Source of the DNA: Synechococcus sp. | GTDB taxonomy: Bacteria > Cyanobacteriota > Cyanobacteriia > PCC-6307 > Cyanobiaceae | Assembly (NCBI GenBank): GCA_047285805.1 | Contig: JBJBCN010000002.1 | Location: 800,001 to 864,000, forward strand | Length of the DNA stretch: 64,000 bases | Direction: 5' to 3' | Shown: positions 28,781 to 39,336 of the stretch, piece by piece | How positions within the stretch are numbered: position 1 is the stretch's first letter | Layout: each line of letters opens with the position of its first letter | The notes under the pieces: generated by a model | The model's input: only the letters and a program-made list of their open reading frames with translations | Databases searched by the model: none | Told to the model about the DNA's origin: nothing | Program-made: the position numbers and the translations under genes

Positions 28781-28856
28781 GCCTGCTTCCCGCCTAATCT
28801 TGGGCACAACTGGCGGACACGGTCCTCCCATCTCGGTTGCTCCTCAGACCAGTCCC

Positions 28857-29168
28857 ATGGAGCGCCCTCGGCGCTCGAACCCACCAGCTCCTCTCTCGTT
28901 TGAGATTCGAGGGGCGGTGGGTTCTTCTGTGTCTGCGCAACCGCGCTGGGACCTCATCAACAGCGCCGCAGTTATCGCCCAGTCGCGGCGGATCTACTTC
29001 CAATTCCTGGAGCGCTCACCCTCAACGCTGGAGCCCCAGGGGATCGTGCTGAGTCCAGGCCAGGGTCGGGTGGTTTTTGAACTGCCGGTGCTCTTGCCCG
29101 ACGAGCAGTTGATCCCGCTCGATTGGGTGCGAGCCCGCCCCTCCCGCTCGCCCTACCGCGGCTCCTAA
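28857..29168 (+). CDS. Conserved hypothetical protein
   Basis: [15 protein letters not shown]; stop overlaps the next ATG; start uncertain. Confidence 0.65.
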   Translation: MERPRRSNPPAPLSFEIRGAVGSSVSAQPRWDLINSAAVIAQSRRIYFQFLERSPSTLEPQGIVLSPGQGRVVFELPVLLPDEQLIPLDWVRARPSRSPYRGS

Positions 29169-30001
29169 TGCCTCCCGCCACGCTGCTGCTGTTGATCACC
29201 GCCCTCGGGCTCTGCGTGGGCAGTTTTCTGAACGTGGTCGCTTGGCGCTACCCCCGCCAGGAATCCGTGGTGCGTCCAGGCAGCCATTGCCCCCATTGCG
29301 GCACGCGACTGGCCTGGAGCGAGAACATACCTGTCCTGAGCTGGTTGCTGTTGCGCGGCCGGTGTCGCCATTGCCAGAGCCCCATCAGCCTCCGTTACCC
29401 CGCAGTGGAACTGATCTGCGGGGGCCTATTCCTAGCCGCCGCCCTTGGCCATCCCGAAGCCCTAGGCCAGGCCCCAGAGATTCTCTACGTGGTGGCGGGC
29501 TGGTGTCTGGTGACCCTGCTGGTGCCCCTGCTGCTGATTGATCTGGACCAGCTCTGGTTGCCAGAGCCCCTCTGCCGCACCGGCGTCCTGCTGGGCTTGG
29601 TCTTCACGCTGCTGGCGGTCTTCAGCCAAAGCGGTGGCCCCGAGCCCCAGCTCCTGCTATGGCACCTGCTCGCAGCCAGTGCCGGTCTGCTGGGATTCGA
29701 AGCCACCAGCGCTGCAGGCCAAGCGGTCCTAGGCAAACCGGCCCTGGGCTTAGGTGATGCCAAATTGGCCGCCCTCTTGGGGGCCTGGCTGGGGCTGACG
29801 GGACTGGGGCTGACTGTTGTCCTGGCCGTCTTCACTGGTGCTTTCTTTGGCGTCCTCGGTCTGCTGACGGGCCGACTGAAGCGGGGGCAACTCTTCCCGT
29901 TTGGCCCCTTCCTGGCGGCCGCTGGACTAGCGGTCTGGATGGTGGGAAACAGCTTCTGGCTGCAACAGCTCAGCGGGCACTTGGGCTGGAGCGCCCTTTA
30001 A
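29168..30001 (+). CDS. pilD: Prepilin peptidase (A24)
   Basis: [41 protein letters not shown]. Confidence 0.93.
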   Translation: MPPATLLLLITALGLCVGSFLNVVAWRYPRQESVVRPGSHCPHCGTRLAWSENIPVLSWLLLRGRCRHCQSPISLRYPAVELICGGLFLAAALGHPEALGQAPEILYVVAGWCLVTLLVPLLLIDLDQLWLPEPLCRTGVLLGLVFTLLAVFSQSGGPEPQLLLWHLLAASAGLLGFEATSAAGQAVLGKPALGLGDAKLAALLGAWLGLTGLGLTVVLAVFTGAFFGVLGLLTGRLKRGQLFPFGPFLAAAGLAVWMVGNSFWLQQLSGHLGWSAL

Positions 30002-30035
30002 TAGTCTGATCTGACCACCGGAGACCGCTTTCACC

Positions 30036-30911
30036 ATGTCGCTATTCGACTGGTTTGCCGATCGCCGCAAGACCGCTCCTGCCGTGCGCAATGCCCAGGA
30101 GGTCAACGAGGATGACGGCCTCTGGAGCAAATGCCCCGAGTGCGGCCTGGTGGTTTACCGCAAGGATCTCGCCGCCAACGCCAGTGTCTGCAGCGGCTGC
30201 GGCTATCACCACAGGATCTTCAGCGAAGAGCGCATTCGCCTGATCGTTGACGAGGGCAGCTTTGAGGTGCTCGACACAGAGCTCTGCCCAACCGATCCCC
30301 TCGCCTTCAAGGATCGCCGCAGTTACGCCGATCGCATTCGCGACAACCAACGCTCCACCGGCCTGAAGGACAGTGTCATCACCGGGATGTGCACGGTTGA
30401 GGGCATCCCGATGGCCCTGGGTGTAATGGATTTTCGCTTCATGGGCGGCTCCATGGGCTCGGTAGTGGGCGAGAAGCTTGCCCGACTCATCGAGACGGCC
30501 ACCTCCAAGCGCGCTCCGGTGCTGATCGTCTGTGCCTCCGGTGGCGCCCGCATGCAAGAAGGGATGCTCTCGCTGATGCAGATGGCGAAGATCTCCGGCG
30601 CCCTCGAGCGACATCGCCAGGCGGGGCTTCTCTATCTACCGCTTCTGACCCACCCCACCACCGGGGGAGTCACCGCCAGCTTCGCCATGCTTGGCGACCT
30701 GATTCTGGCGGAACCAAAAGCCCTGATTGGCTTCGCCGGTCGTCGCGTGATCGAGCAGACCTTGCGGGAGAAGCTCCCCGACGACTTCCAAACCGCGGAA
30801 TACCTCCAGGACCACGGCTTCGTCGATCACATCGTGCCCCGCACCAAGCTCCGCAGCACCCTGACCAGCCTTCTGACGATGCACGGCTACAGCAAAGCCG
30901 TGGCCGCGTGA
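30036..30911 (+). CDS. accD: Acetyl-CoA carboxylase carboxyltransferase beta subunit
   Basis: LWSKCPEC zinc finger, [32 protein letters not shown]. Confidence 0.97.
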   Translation: MSLFDWFADRRKTAPAVRNAQEVNEDDGLWSKCPECGLVVYRKDLAANASVCSGCGYHHRIFSEERIRLIVDEGSFEVLDTELCPTDPLAFKDRRSYADRIRDNQRSTGLKDSVITGMCTVEGIPMALGVMDFRFMGGSMGSVVGEKLARLIETATSKRAPVLIVCASGGARMQEGMLSLMQMAKISGALERHRQAGLLYLPLLTHPTTGGVTASFAMLGDLILAEPKALIGFAGRRVIEQTLREKLPDDFQTAEYLQDHGFVDHIVPRTKLRSTLTSLLTMHGYSKAVAA

Positions 30912-31327
30912 GACGGACATTGCGCGCCTGCTGCGCCCTCCTGCTCGGAATGCTCCTTCTGGGCGACCTTCCCCATCCAGCCCAGGCGGGTCCAGTGGAT
31001 TGGCAAGAGGTCCCCACCACCAGCGAAGGGCAGCAGTGGTGGGATCAAGGCAGCCTTCGCCTGAACAAAAGCGGGAACCTGACCGTCCTCAGTCGCTTCC
31101 AGCCACCGACCCCAGAGGCCGATACCGATGGAAAGGAGCCCCGCCGCGGAGCCAGCAGCCTCTACGTGATGGAGCTGGACTGCGGCCAGCGGCTCTACCG
31201 GGACACCTCCATCAATGGACTGCCCCAATGGGGAAGCCAATGGCAGGCCTCCGCCAATGACGGGTTAATCGAAGCCACCATCGAAGCGGTCTGCACCGCC
31301 GGAGGGGAGCTCCTGGCAGGCTCATAA
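30908..31327 (+). CDS. Exported hypothetical protein
   Basis: Signal peptide ending AQA; YVMELDC...C pair. Confidence 0.7.
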   Translation: MRRTLRACCALLLGMLLLGDLPHPAQAGPVDWQEVPTTSEGQQWWDQGSLRLNKSGNLTVLSRFQPPTPEADTDGKEPRRGASSLYVMELDCGQRLYRDTSINGLPQWGSQWQASANDGLIEATIEAVCTAGGELLAGS

Positions 31328-31345
31328 CACCACTGCCAAACCTCC

Positions 31346-32455
31346 GTGACGGGATCCAGCACCCACCAACGTCCCTTGGGGGTCGCCCTTATTGGTTTGG
31401 GGTTCGGCGAAAAGGTTCACCTGCCCGCCCTGCGGGATTGCCCCCTGACCGAACCGGTGGCCCTCTGGCATCACCGCAACGAACGCCTCGAACAGGCCTG
31501 CAGCGCCCACGGGCTACCGGGCTTCACTGATTTCGACGCCCTCCTGGCGGATCCACGGGTGGATGCGATGGTGATTGCCACCCCCCCGGAACCCCGCTTC
31601 GCCCTCGCCCAGGCGGCCATCGCCGCCGGCAAACACCTGCTGCTGGAGAAACCCGTCGCCCTGGAGCCCGCCCAGGTGGAGAGCCTGCAGCGCCAGGCCC
31701 TCCAGGCCGGTGTGAGCGTGGCAGTGGACTTCGAGTACCGCGGTGTCCCGGAATTTCAGCAATGCGCAGCGCTCCTGCAAGACGGAGCCGTGGGCACCCC
31801 CTGGCTGGTGAAACTCGATTGGCTGATGGGCAGCCGCGCCGATGCCAGACGCCCCTGGAACTGGTATTCCCAGCGGGCCGCCGGTGGGGGCGTTCTCGGA
31901 TCCCTCGGCACCCATGCATTCGACACACTGCACTGGCTGGTGGGACCCACCCTCAACCTGAGTGCCCAGCGCAGCATGGCCATCCCCCAGCGTCCTTTGG
32001 CGGACGGCAGCGGTCGCATGGCAGCCGTGGATGCCGAGGACATCGCCCTCTTGCAACTCCAGTTGGAAGATCGCCAGGGGCGCTCAATCCCGGCTCAGGT
32101 GGCGCTGGCCTCGGTGACCAAACCGGGGCGCGGCTACTGGATCGAGGTCTACGGCAGCGGGGGGAGCCTGGTGCTGGGCTCCAGCAACCAGAGCGATTAT
32201 GTCCATGGCTTCAAGCTCTGGCGCTCCGGTCCATCCGGTGCTCTCGAGGAGATCAGCCCGGATCCCAGCCTGGCCTTCCCCCAGACGTGGCCGGACGGTC
32301 GCCTAGCCGCCGTGCGCCGGATCACCCAGTGGTGGGCCGAAGCCGCCATTGAGGGCAAACCCATGATTCCCGGGCTGTCAGAGGCTGTCTTGAGCCAGCG
32401 GGTCTGCGATCTAGCCCTGGAATCGGCCGACAGCGGGCTGCGGGCCCGGCTTTAA
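31346..32455 (+). CDS. Gfo/Idh/MocA family oxidoreductase
   Basis: IGLGFG, IATPP, GKHLLLEKP, GGGVLGSLGTH. Confidence 0.92.
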   Translation: MTGSSTHQRPLGVALIGLGFGEKVHLPALRDCPLTEPVALWHHRNERLEQACSAHGLPGFTDFDALLADPRVDAMVIATPPEPRFALAQAAIAAGKHLLLEKPVALEPAQVESLQRQALQAGVSVAVDFEYRGVPEFQQCAALLQDGAVGTPWLVKLDWLMGSRADARRPWNWYSQRAAGGGVLGSLGTHAFDTLHWLVGPTLNLSAQRSMAIPQRPLADGSGRMAAVDAEDIALLQLQLEDRQGRSIPAQVALASVTKPGRGYWIEVYGSGGSLVLGSSNQSDYVHGFKLWRSGPSGALEEISPDPSLAFPQTWPDGRLAAVRRITQWWAEAAIEGKPMIPGLSEAVLSQRVCDLALESADSGLRARL

Positions 32456-32504
32456 CGGAAAAGGCGCCGGTTAGGATCGCCCCCATTCCCTTATTTGTGT
32501 ACCC

Positions 32505-33578
32505 ATGGCGCTCGTTCCGCTTCGGCTGCTGCTTGACCACGCCGCTGAAAACGGCTACGGCATCCCTGCTTTCAACGTCAACAACCTGGAGCAGGTGCAG
32601 TCGATCATGGAGGCTGCCTACGAGACCGATAGCCCCGTCATCCTGCAGGCCTCCCGAGGCGCCCGTCAGTATGCCGGTGAGAACTTCCTGCGTCACCTGA
32701 TCCTGGCTGCCGTTGAGACCTATCCCGACATCCCTGTCGTGATGCACCAGGACCACGGCAACAGCCCTGCCACCTGCTTCGGTGCTGCCGCTAACGGCTT
32801 CACCTCCGTGATGATGGACGGCTCCCTGGAAGACGACGCCAAGACCCCTGCCAGCTACGACTACAACGTGGCTGTCACCAAGGAAGTCGTCGACGTGGCC
32901 CACGCCATCGGCGTAAGTGTCGAGGGTGAGCTGGGTTGCCTGGGATCCCTGGAGACCGGTATGGGCGAAGCCGAGGATGGCCACGGTTTCGAGGGCAAGC
33001 TCGACCACAGCCAGCTGCTGACCGACCCCGCTGAGGCTGCCGACTTCGTCGCCAAGACCAAGGTGGACGCCCTGGCCATCGCCATCGGCACCAGCCACGG
33101 CGCCTACAAGTTCACCCGGAAGCCCACCGGTGAAGTGCTGGCCATCAGCCGCATCGCTGAAATCCACAAGGCCATCCCCAACACCCACCTGGTGATGCAC
33201 GGCTCCTCCTCCGTGCCGCAGGAATGGCTGGAGATGATCAATAAGTTCGGTGGTGCCATCCCCGAGACCTACGGCGTGCCCGTCGAGGAAATCCAGGAAG
33301 GCATCCGGAACGGTGTCCGCAAGGTCAACATCGACACCGACAACCGCCTGGCCTTCACCGCTGCTGTGCGTGAAGCCGCGATGAAGGATCCCGCCAACTT
33401 CGACCCCCGCCACTTCAACAAGCCCGCCCGGGCCTATATGAAGCAGGTCTGCCTCGATCGCTACCAGCAGTTCTGGTGTGCCGGCAACGCCAGCAAGATC
33501 AAGCAGCGCGACATCAACTACTACGCCAGCCTCTACGCCAAGGGCGAACTGGAACCCAAGTCCGCCGTAGCTGCCTGA
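32505..33578 (+). CDS. fbaA: Class II fructose-bisphosphate aldolase (Calvin-cycle subtype)
   Basis: [41 protein letters not shown]; strong codon bias. Confidence 0.97.
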   Translation: MALVPLRLLLDHAAENGYGIPAFNVNNLEQVQSIMEAAYETDSPVILQASRGARQYAGENFLRHLILAAVETYPDIPVVMHQDHGNSPATCFGAAANGFTSVMMDGSLEDDAKTPASYDYNVAVTKEVVDVAHAIGVSVEGELGCLGSLETGMGEAEDGHGFEGKLDHSQLLTDPAEAADFVAKTKVDALAIAIGTSHGAYKFTRKPTGEVLAISRIAEIHKAIPNTHLVMHGSSSVPQEWLEMINKFGGAIPETYGVPVEEIQEGIRNGVRKVNIDTDNRLAFTAAVREAAMKDPANFDPRHFNKPARAYMKQVCLDRYQQFWCAGNASKIKQRDINYYASLYAKGELEPKSAVAA

Positions 33579-33603
33579 CCCAGGCTTTCCACTGATGTCA
33601 TAC

Positions 33604-33626
33604 GGGGCCCGCAAGGGCCCTTTTTT
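33604..33626 (+). terminator. Intrinsic terminator after fbaA
   Basis: GGGCCC-GCAA-GGGCCC followed by TTTTTT. Confidence 0.85.
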
Positions 33627-33633
33627 GTACTCG

Positions 33634-36558
33634 CTAGGGCAGGAGTGGCTGGGGCAGGGTCAAGGCCCGCATGCCGTTGCTGGGCTGAGCGGCCACCAGC
33701 TTGGCGAGGGCCTCATCAAAGGTGGGCTCCATCACGAAGCGCCGGCCATCTGTCACGACCACCCGCACCAAGGTCGGCAGGGCGTTGCTGTTGCTCTGGA
33801 GGTAGATGGGCTCCACGTAGAGCAGACCTTGACCCACGGGCATCGCCAAGAGATTGCCCCGCAGGAGGCGGGAGCCCACCCGGTTCCAAAGACCGAACTG
33901 ATAGCTAATCGCCGGGTCCTGCTCGATCAGCGCCGAGATCTGCTGGGGTCCCAACAGCAGCCGCTGCTGCGGGAAGCGCACCAGGAACAACTCGCCGTAG
34001 TTCGGGGTGTCGTTACGGGCCGCCAACCAACCGACCATGTTGGGCCGTTTTAGCGGGGTGAACGGGAGCAGCAGGACGAATTCAGGCCGTTGCTGAGCGG
34101 GAAGCTGCATCGTCACGTGGTACGGACGGACCGGTACCGGAGACGAGGCGTCGCCGTAGATCTCCAGCGGCAACGCCCAGACGTCGTCGCCGTTGTAGAA
34201 GGTGCGTACGTCCGTGACGTGGTAGCGCAGCAGGCGTTCGGCCTGAATGTTGAACTGACTCTTGGGGACCTGGATGTGGGCCAGAAGAGCCTTGGGCATC
34301 GATGAGAGCGGACGGAAGAGATCCGGGAAAACCTTCCGCCAGGTGCGCAGCACCGGATCGCTCGGATCGTTTACATAGAGCCAGACATCCCCGTTGTAGG
34401 CATTGACGACCGCCTTGACCGGGTTGCGGAAGTAGCGAATCCCATCGGGATTGGCATCGGAATAGGGGTAGCTGCGGCTCTCCGTGAAGCCATCGAGCAT
34501 CCAGTACTGGTGATGCTCAGGCCGATAGTCGGGGTCATCGCCCACCCGGGCCGTGACCAGATAGGGCTTGCTCTCAAAGCGGAGGAAGGGGGCCAGGGCC
34601 TGAAGGCGGTCGTTGACCTGCCGGCGCACGAGCAGGCGCGACGAAGGGGTCAAGGACCCGGTGAACAGCAAGCGGGCCTCATTGAGATAGATCGCCGCCA
34701 TCAGGCGATCCAGGGGGCCATGGATCGGAACCCCGGCCTTCCCGTCGTAATGGGAATAGACGTTGAGGTCACCCTCGGGGTAGTCGAACTCCCGCACCTG
34801 GGAGGGGGCTATCGCGTAGGGCGCCGGAGCCGACGCGAAATAGAGCCGCGGGCGACCCACCGGGAGGAAGCGCTCAACGCGCTTTTGGCTCTGGCCGAGT
34901 TGGGGCAGGGCCTGAACGCGGCCGCTGCGGCCCAGGTCTTTGACGAAGTACAGCGGGAGCCCGTCGCTGCCCGAGACGTTCACCGGGGACACCGTGAAGC
35001 CGTAGCCATGGGTGAAGACCAGGTGGCGGTTGAGCCAGGTGCGCGAACCCTTGGCCAAGGCCGAGGAGTCGAGTTCGCGGGCTGCGATCAACACCTGCTG
35101 GGAGCCCAATGCGCTGGCGTCGGCATTCAGGGGATACCTATCGACGGCGGCGGAAGGGAAGTCGTAGTAAAGCCGCAATTGCTGTAGCTGACGGTTGGCC
35201 TCCAGCAAGGGGGTGCTGTCCCAGAGCCGCACGTTGGCCAGGGTCCCCTCAGCGCTCTTGAGATCCGCCGCGCTGAGTTGCTGCTTGGGCTCGAGATCGA
35301 GCTCGCGCACCGCCTCAAGACCAAAGGCCCGGCGGGTGGCCGCGATGGCCCGCCGGAGATAGGGGGTTTCCAGTTGCAGCTCCCGGGGCTGCACCCAGAC
35401 CCGCTGCACGAGTGGTGCCAGGCCCCACTCCACGATCGGCAGAAGGCAGGCGGCCGCCAGCAAGGGGAGCATCGCCGCCCGGCGAAACCAGGAGCGGGGA
35501 ACGGATACCAACAGGCCGAGGCCACTCATCAGGAGCAAGAGGGCCAAGAGCAGCCGCAGCGGCAGGCGGATATGCAGGTCCACGAAGCCAGCCCCCGAGG
35601 CCACCCCGCTGCCTTCCACCATCAGGTCAAAGGGACTCAGTCCATAACTGAGGGCGACCATTAGGGCCAGAACGGCCAGCTGGGGTTGCAGTACCCGCTG
35701 CTGCTCCCGGCCCAACCCCGGGAAGCGAAGGTCGGTCAAGACCGTGCCTTCGCTGAAGGTCAACCAGAGGCAGCCGACAAAGCCAATCAGGACCTGGGCG
35801 ATCACCAGGCTCACTAGCAGGTGCAGGGCCGGCAGGCGCAGCACCGTGAAGCTCAGGTCAAAGCCGGTGAGGGGATCGGCCTCGCCAAAGGGAACCGCCA
35901 GCAGGCCCGGGAGCCACAGACTCCAACCCCGGGCGCAGGCTGTGGCCGAGCCGGCCAGGGCGGCCGCGAGGCTTATGCGCAAGGTCGTGTAAGGCCAGCG
36001 CAAGAGGCAGGGGAGCAGCACGACCGCCAGGCCAAACACCAGGGCCGGCGGCAACTCAGCAAGTACCGTTAGGTCGGTTATCACTTCACCGCCGAAGGGA
36101 TCCAGGATCAGGCCTCGGGCCTGCAAAAAGAGATAGCTCAGACCCATCACCAGCAGGAGCAATAGGCCCACGAGCACGGCCACGAGCGGGCCGCTAGAGA
36201 GAGGGGCAAGAGGGCGCTCCTGCAGTTGCTTGCGCGGTGCCTCCTGCCTAAGGCGCCAACAACGGCGCAATTGCTGAAGCTGCAGCGGCAAGCCAAGGCC
36301 CAGCACTAGGGCAAAGGCCAGGCACTGGAAGAGCCAACGGCGCAAGACCACCGTCAAGGCATCGAACTGAGCGAACCACTGCGCCTCGATCACCAGGCGC
36401 GGCAGCAGCACCAGAAAACCCAGCACCAGGGCTCCGCCTGAAGACCAACGCAAGAGCCGCCTAAGGCCTTCAACCGATACCTGCACGAACTGAGCCGATC
36501 CCTGGCCGAGATTAGGCAGTACAACCGCTGGGTCAAGCCGCCGACAAGGGACCATCAC
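33634..36558 (-). CDS. UPF0182 family membrane protein
   Basis: N-terminal TM segments; NVRLWD, QQLRLYYDF, FTHGYG, YFRNPVKAVV, LLYVEPIYL; true start may be ~70 nt downstream. Confidence 0.92.
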   Translation of the reverse strand: MMVPCRRLDPAVVLPNLGQGSAQFVQVSVEGLRRLLRWSSGGALVLGFLVLLPRLVIEAQWFAQFDALTVVLRRWLFQCLAFALVLGLGLPLQLQQLRRCWRLRQEAPRKQLQERPLAPLSSGPLVAVLVGLLLLLVMGLSYLFLQARGLILDPFGGEVITDLTVLAELPPALVFGLAVVLLPCLLRWPYTTLRISLAAALAGSATACARGWSLWLPGLLAVPFGEADPLTGFDLSFTVLRLPALHLLVSLVIAQVLIGFVGCLWLTFSEGTVLTDLRFPGLGREQQRVLQPQLAVLALMVALSYGLSPFDLMVEGSGVASGAGFVDLHIRLPLRLLLALLLLMSGLGLLVSVPRSWFRRAAMLPLLAAACLLPIVEWGLAPLVQRVWVQPRELQLETPYLRRAIAATRRAFGLEAVRELDLEPKQQLSAADLKSAEGTLANVRLWDSTPLLEANRQLQQLRLYYDFPSAAVDRYPLNADASALGSQQVLIAARELDSSALAKGSRTWLNRHLVFTHGYGFTVSPVNVSGSDGLPLYFVKDLGRSGRVQALPQLGQSQKRVERFLPVGRPRLYFASAPAPYAIAPSQVREFDYPEGDLNVYSHYDGKAGVPIHGPLDRLMAAIYLNEARLLFTGSLTPSSRLLVRRQVNDRLQALAPFLRFESKPYLVTARVGDDPDYRPEHHQYWMLDGFTESRSYPYSDANPDGIRYFRNPVKAVVNAYNGDVWLYVNDPSDPVLRTWRKVFPDLFRPLSSMPKALLAHIQVPKSQFNIQAERLLRYHVTDVRTFYNGDDVWALPLEIYGDASSPVPVRPYHVTMQLPAQQRPEFVLLLPFTPLKRPNMVGWLAARNDTPNYGELFLVRFPQQRLLLGPQQISALIEQDPAISYQFGLWNRVGSRLLRGNLLAMPVGQGLLYVEPIYLQSNSNALPTLVRVVVTDGRRFVMEPTFDEALAKLVAAQPSNGMRALTLPQPLLP

Positions 36559-36570
36559 GACTCTTGGCCA

Positions 36571-36595
36571 ATACCCGACCCAGGAGATCGGGTTT
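36571..36595. promoter_or_regulatory. Candidate Rrf2 (IscR/CymR-type) operator
   Basis: ATACCCGACCCAGGAGATCGGGTTT; ACCCGA-N9-TCGGGT dyad; 17/25 positions match the IscR type-1 consensus as I recall it. Confidence 0.5.
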
Positions 36596-36650
36596 AAACA
36601 AGTCCGTCAATAGTCGCTGCTAATTTCAAGCGAATGTTGAGGGTCTGAAG

Positions 36651-37931
36651 TTGACGGCAACCGTTTCCCGCTCCAGCGTTGGGCCGACCTTCACAGGACT
36701 GCGCTGCAAGGAATGCGGCCAGGCCTACGACCCTGGTGCCCGCCACGTCTGCGAGGACGTCTGCTTCGGTCCACTCGAGGTGGTCTACGACTACGAGGCG
36801 ATCAAGAACCGCGTCAGCCGCGCCACGATCGAAGCCGGCCCCGCATCCATCTGGCGCTATCGCGATTTTCTGCCGATCGAGGGGGACCCGATTGATGTCG
36901 GTACAGGCTTCACCCCCCTGCTGAAGGCGGACAATCTGGCCAGGCGCCTTGGTCTTAAGAGCCTTTACATTAAGAACGACGGCGTCAACATGCCCACCCT
37001 GTCCTTCAAGGACCGGGTCGTTTCCGTCGCCCTGACCCGAGCCCGGGAACTGGGCTTCAAGACCGTCAGCTGCGCCTCCACGGGCAACCTCGCCAACTCC
37101 ACCGCCGCCATCGCCGCCCACGCGGGCCTCGATTGCTGCGTCTTCATCCCCAGCGACCTGGAGCTGGGCAAAGTGCTCGGCACCTTGATCTACAACCCCA
37201 CCCTGATGGCGGTGAAGGGGAACTACGACCAGGTCAACCGCCTCTGCTCCGAGGTCGCCAACACCTATGGCTGGGGCTTCGTCAACATCAACCTGCGCCC
37301 CTACTACTCCGAGGGCTCCAAGACCCTCGGCTATGAGGTAATCGAGCAGCTGGGTTGGGAACTCCCCGACCACGTCGTGGCGCCCCTCGCCTCCGGCTCC
37401 CTCTTCACCAAGATCCGCAAGGGCTTCGACGAATTCATCAAGTGCGGCTTGGTGGACGAGAAGGCCGTGCGCTTCAGCGGGGCCCAAGCCGAGGGCTGTA
37501 ACCCCATCGCCGAGGCCTTCCGCGAAGGCCGTGACTTCATCACCCCCGTGAAGCCGAACACGATCGCCAAATCGATCGCCATCGGTAACCCCGCTGATGG
37601 CCCCTACTCCATCGACATCGCCAACCGCACCGGCGGCAACATCACCGACGTCAACGACACCGAGATCGTTGAGGGCATCAAGCTCCTGGCCGAGACCGAA
37701 GGCGTGTTCACCGAAACGGCTGGCGGCACCACGATTGCTGTCCTCAAGAAGCTGGTGGAACAGGGCAAGATCAACCCCGAAGAGCGCACCGTGGCCTACA
37801 TCACGGGCAACGGCCTCAAGACCACCGAAGCGGTGGTCGATGCCATCGGCAAGCCCTACACCATCGAGGCTCAACTGGACAGCTTCAACAGCGCCTGGAA
37901 GCGAGCCCAGGCCGATCAAGCGCAGGCCTGA
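36651..37931 (+). CDS. thrC: Threonine synthase-like PLP enzyme
   Basis: N-terminal CKECG..C..C, PTLSFKDR (PLP Lys), CASTGN, EGSKT, TGNGLK. Confidence 0.9.
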   Translation: MTATVSRSSVGPTFTGLRCKECGQAYDPGARHVCEDVCFGPLEVVYDYEAIKNRVSRATIEAGPASIWRYRDFLPIEGDPIDVGTGFTPLLKADNLARRLGLKSLYIKNDGVNMPTLSFKDRVVSVALTRARELGFKTVSCASTGNLANSTAAIAAHAGLDCCVFIPSDLELGKVLGTLIYNPTLMAVKGNYDQVNRLCSEVANTYGWGFVNINLRPYYSEGSKTLGYEVIEQLGWELPDHVVAPLASGSLFTKIRKGFDEFIKCGLVDEKAVRFSGAQAEGCNPIAEAFREGRDFITPVKPNTIAKSIAIGNPADGPYSIDIANRTGGNITDVNDTEIVEGIKLLAETEGVFTETAGGTTIAVLKKLVEQGKINPEERTVAYITGNGLKTTEAVVDAIGKPYTIEAQLDSFNSAWKRAQADQAQA

Positions 37932-37970
37932 TCCCCCACGACCTCCTTACCGTCCCATCTCCCTCCTGCC

Positions 37971-38246
37971 ATGCCCGTTCAGGTCCTGATCCCCACCCCG
38001 CTACAGAAGTTCACCAACGATGAGGCCAGCGTCGCCCTGGACGCCTCCAGCGTGGACGAGCTGATCGACGCCCTCGACTGCCGCTACCCCGGCCTAAAGG
38101 GTCGGCTCTGTGATGAGGCCGGCAAGCTTCGCCGTTTCCTAAACGTCTACGTGAACAGCGAGGATATTCGTTTCCTCGAGAACCAAACCACCCCTCTCAA
38201 GGATGGGGACGAAGTCAGCATCGTGCCCGCCGTTGCTGGGGGCTGA
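37971..38246 (+). CDS. MoaD/ThiS/CysO-like sulfur carrier protein
   Basis: Beta-grasp pattern [12 protein letters not shown]...[14 protein letters not shown] with a terminal GG. Confidence 0.93.
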   Translation: MPVQVLIPTPLQKFTNDEASVALDASSVDELIDALDCRYPGLKGRLCDEAGKLRRFLNVYVNSEDIRFLENQTTPLKDGDEVSIVPAVAGG

Positions 38247-38352
38247 TCCTGCGCTGTAGCGATTCCTTCAGCAGCTCAGCGCCAAAGCTGATTGGATCAA
38301 CGATTTACAGGCTCGCTCTGGAGTCCCCTCCCTCTGGACCTGGTGTCCTCCG

Positions 38353-39336
38353 ATGACTCAAACCCCGGATCGTCCATCAACAGACCTTGGACTCCACCTC
38401 CAGGGCGACGCCCCGCAGCAGACCCCCTTGGCCGACAAGGCCCAACTGTTTGATTACCGGCAAGCCGCGAACCCGATCCGCAGCGGACTGACCGAACCGA
38501 TTCCCTACCGCTGCTGGGGAGCCGATCTGCATGGCAGAGGGCCCAGCGGCATACTTCCGTTGGACCTCAGCAGCGAGCTCGGTACTAGTGGTCCCGCCAC
38601 CAGCCCCGGTCTCGCCGCCCACTTTATTCGCATCGAAGCTGGAGAAGGGGTACGCGCCGCAGCCAACGCCACCAGCTCCCTCTTCTTCGTCCTCTCCGGT
38701 GAGGGGGTCTGCCGCGTTCGCGAGACCGACCAAGACACCACCATCCACTGGAGCGAAGGTGACATTTTTGTCCTGCCCTGCGGCGGGACACCCTTGCTCG
38801 AGGCGACCTCAACGAGCGTCCTCTACTGGGTGCACGACGCCCCTCTGCTCAACTACCTGGGGGCACTCCCCAGTGAGCCCCGCTTCGACGCCACCCATTA
38901 CCGGGGCGCGTGGTTGCGCTCAAAGCTGCTTAAGCTCGCCGAGCAGCCCGGCAGCGCGAGCAGCAATCGCATCAGCCTGCTCCTGGCGAACCGGGATTTG
39001 CCCAGCACCCGCACGGTCACCCATGTGCTTTGGGCGATGTATGGCATCGTCCCGCCCGGCGCGACCCAGGCCCCCCACCGTCACCAGTCCGTGGCCCTGG
39101 ACCTAATTATTGATTGCCAGCCCGGGGTCTACACCCTGGTGGGCACCGAACTCAACACCGATGGCAGCATCAGTAACCCGAATCGGATCGACTGGGAAGC
39201 GGGTGGGGCCTTCATTACGCCTCCCGGCCATTGGCACTCCCACGTCAACGAAAGCGGTGAGCCGGCCTATTTGCTGCCGATTCAGGACGCAGGGCTACAG
39301 ACCCACCTGCGCAGCCTCGACATTCGCTTTGCCTAG
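38353..39336 (+). CDS. Bicupin protein (gentisate-dioxygenase-like)
   Basis: Second cupin has PHRHQS and [19 protein letters not shown]; first cupin lacks His ligands. Confidence 0.82.
   Translation: MTQTPDRPSTDLGLHLQGDAPQQTPLADKAQLFDYRQAANPIRSGLTEPIPYRCWGADLHGRGPSGILPLDLSSELGTSGPATSPGLAAHFIRIEAGEGVRAAANATSSLFFVLSGEGVCRVRETDQDTTIHWSEGDIFVLPCGGTPLLEATSTSVLYWVHDAPLLNYLGALPSEPRFDATHYRGAWLRSKLLKLAEQPGSASSNRISLLLANRDLPSTRTVTHVLWAMYGIVPPGATQAPHRHQSVALDLIIDCQPGVYTLVGTELNTDGSISNPNRIDWEAGGAFITPPGHWHSHVNESGEPAYLLPIQDAGLQTHLRSLDIRFA

Noticed and set aside
32322..33614. 430-aa antisense ORF over fbaA (likewise 36594-37919 over thrC, 27656-28831 over prk, 50517-51434 over acsF)
   Set aside because: Shadow ORFs expected opposite GC-rich, codon-biased genes; no independent motifs.
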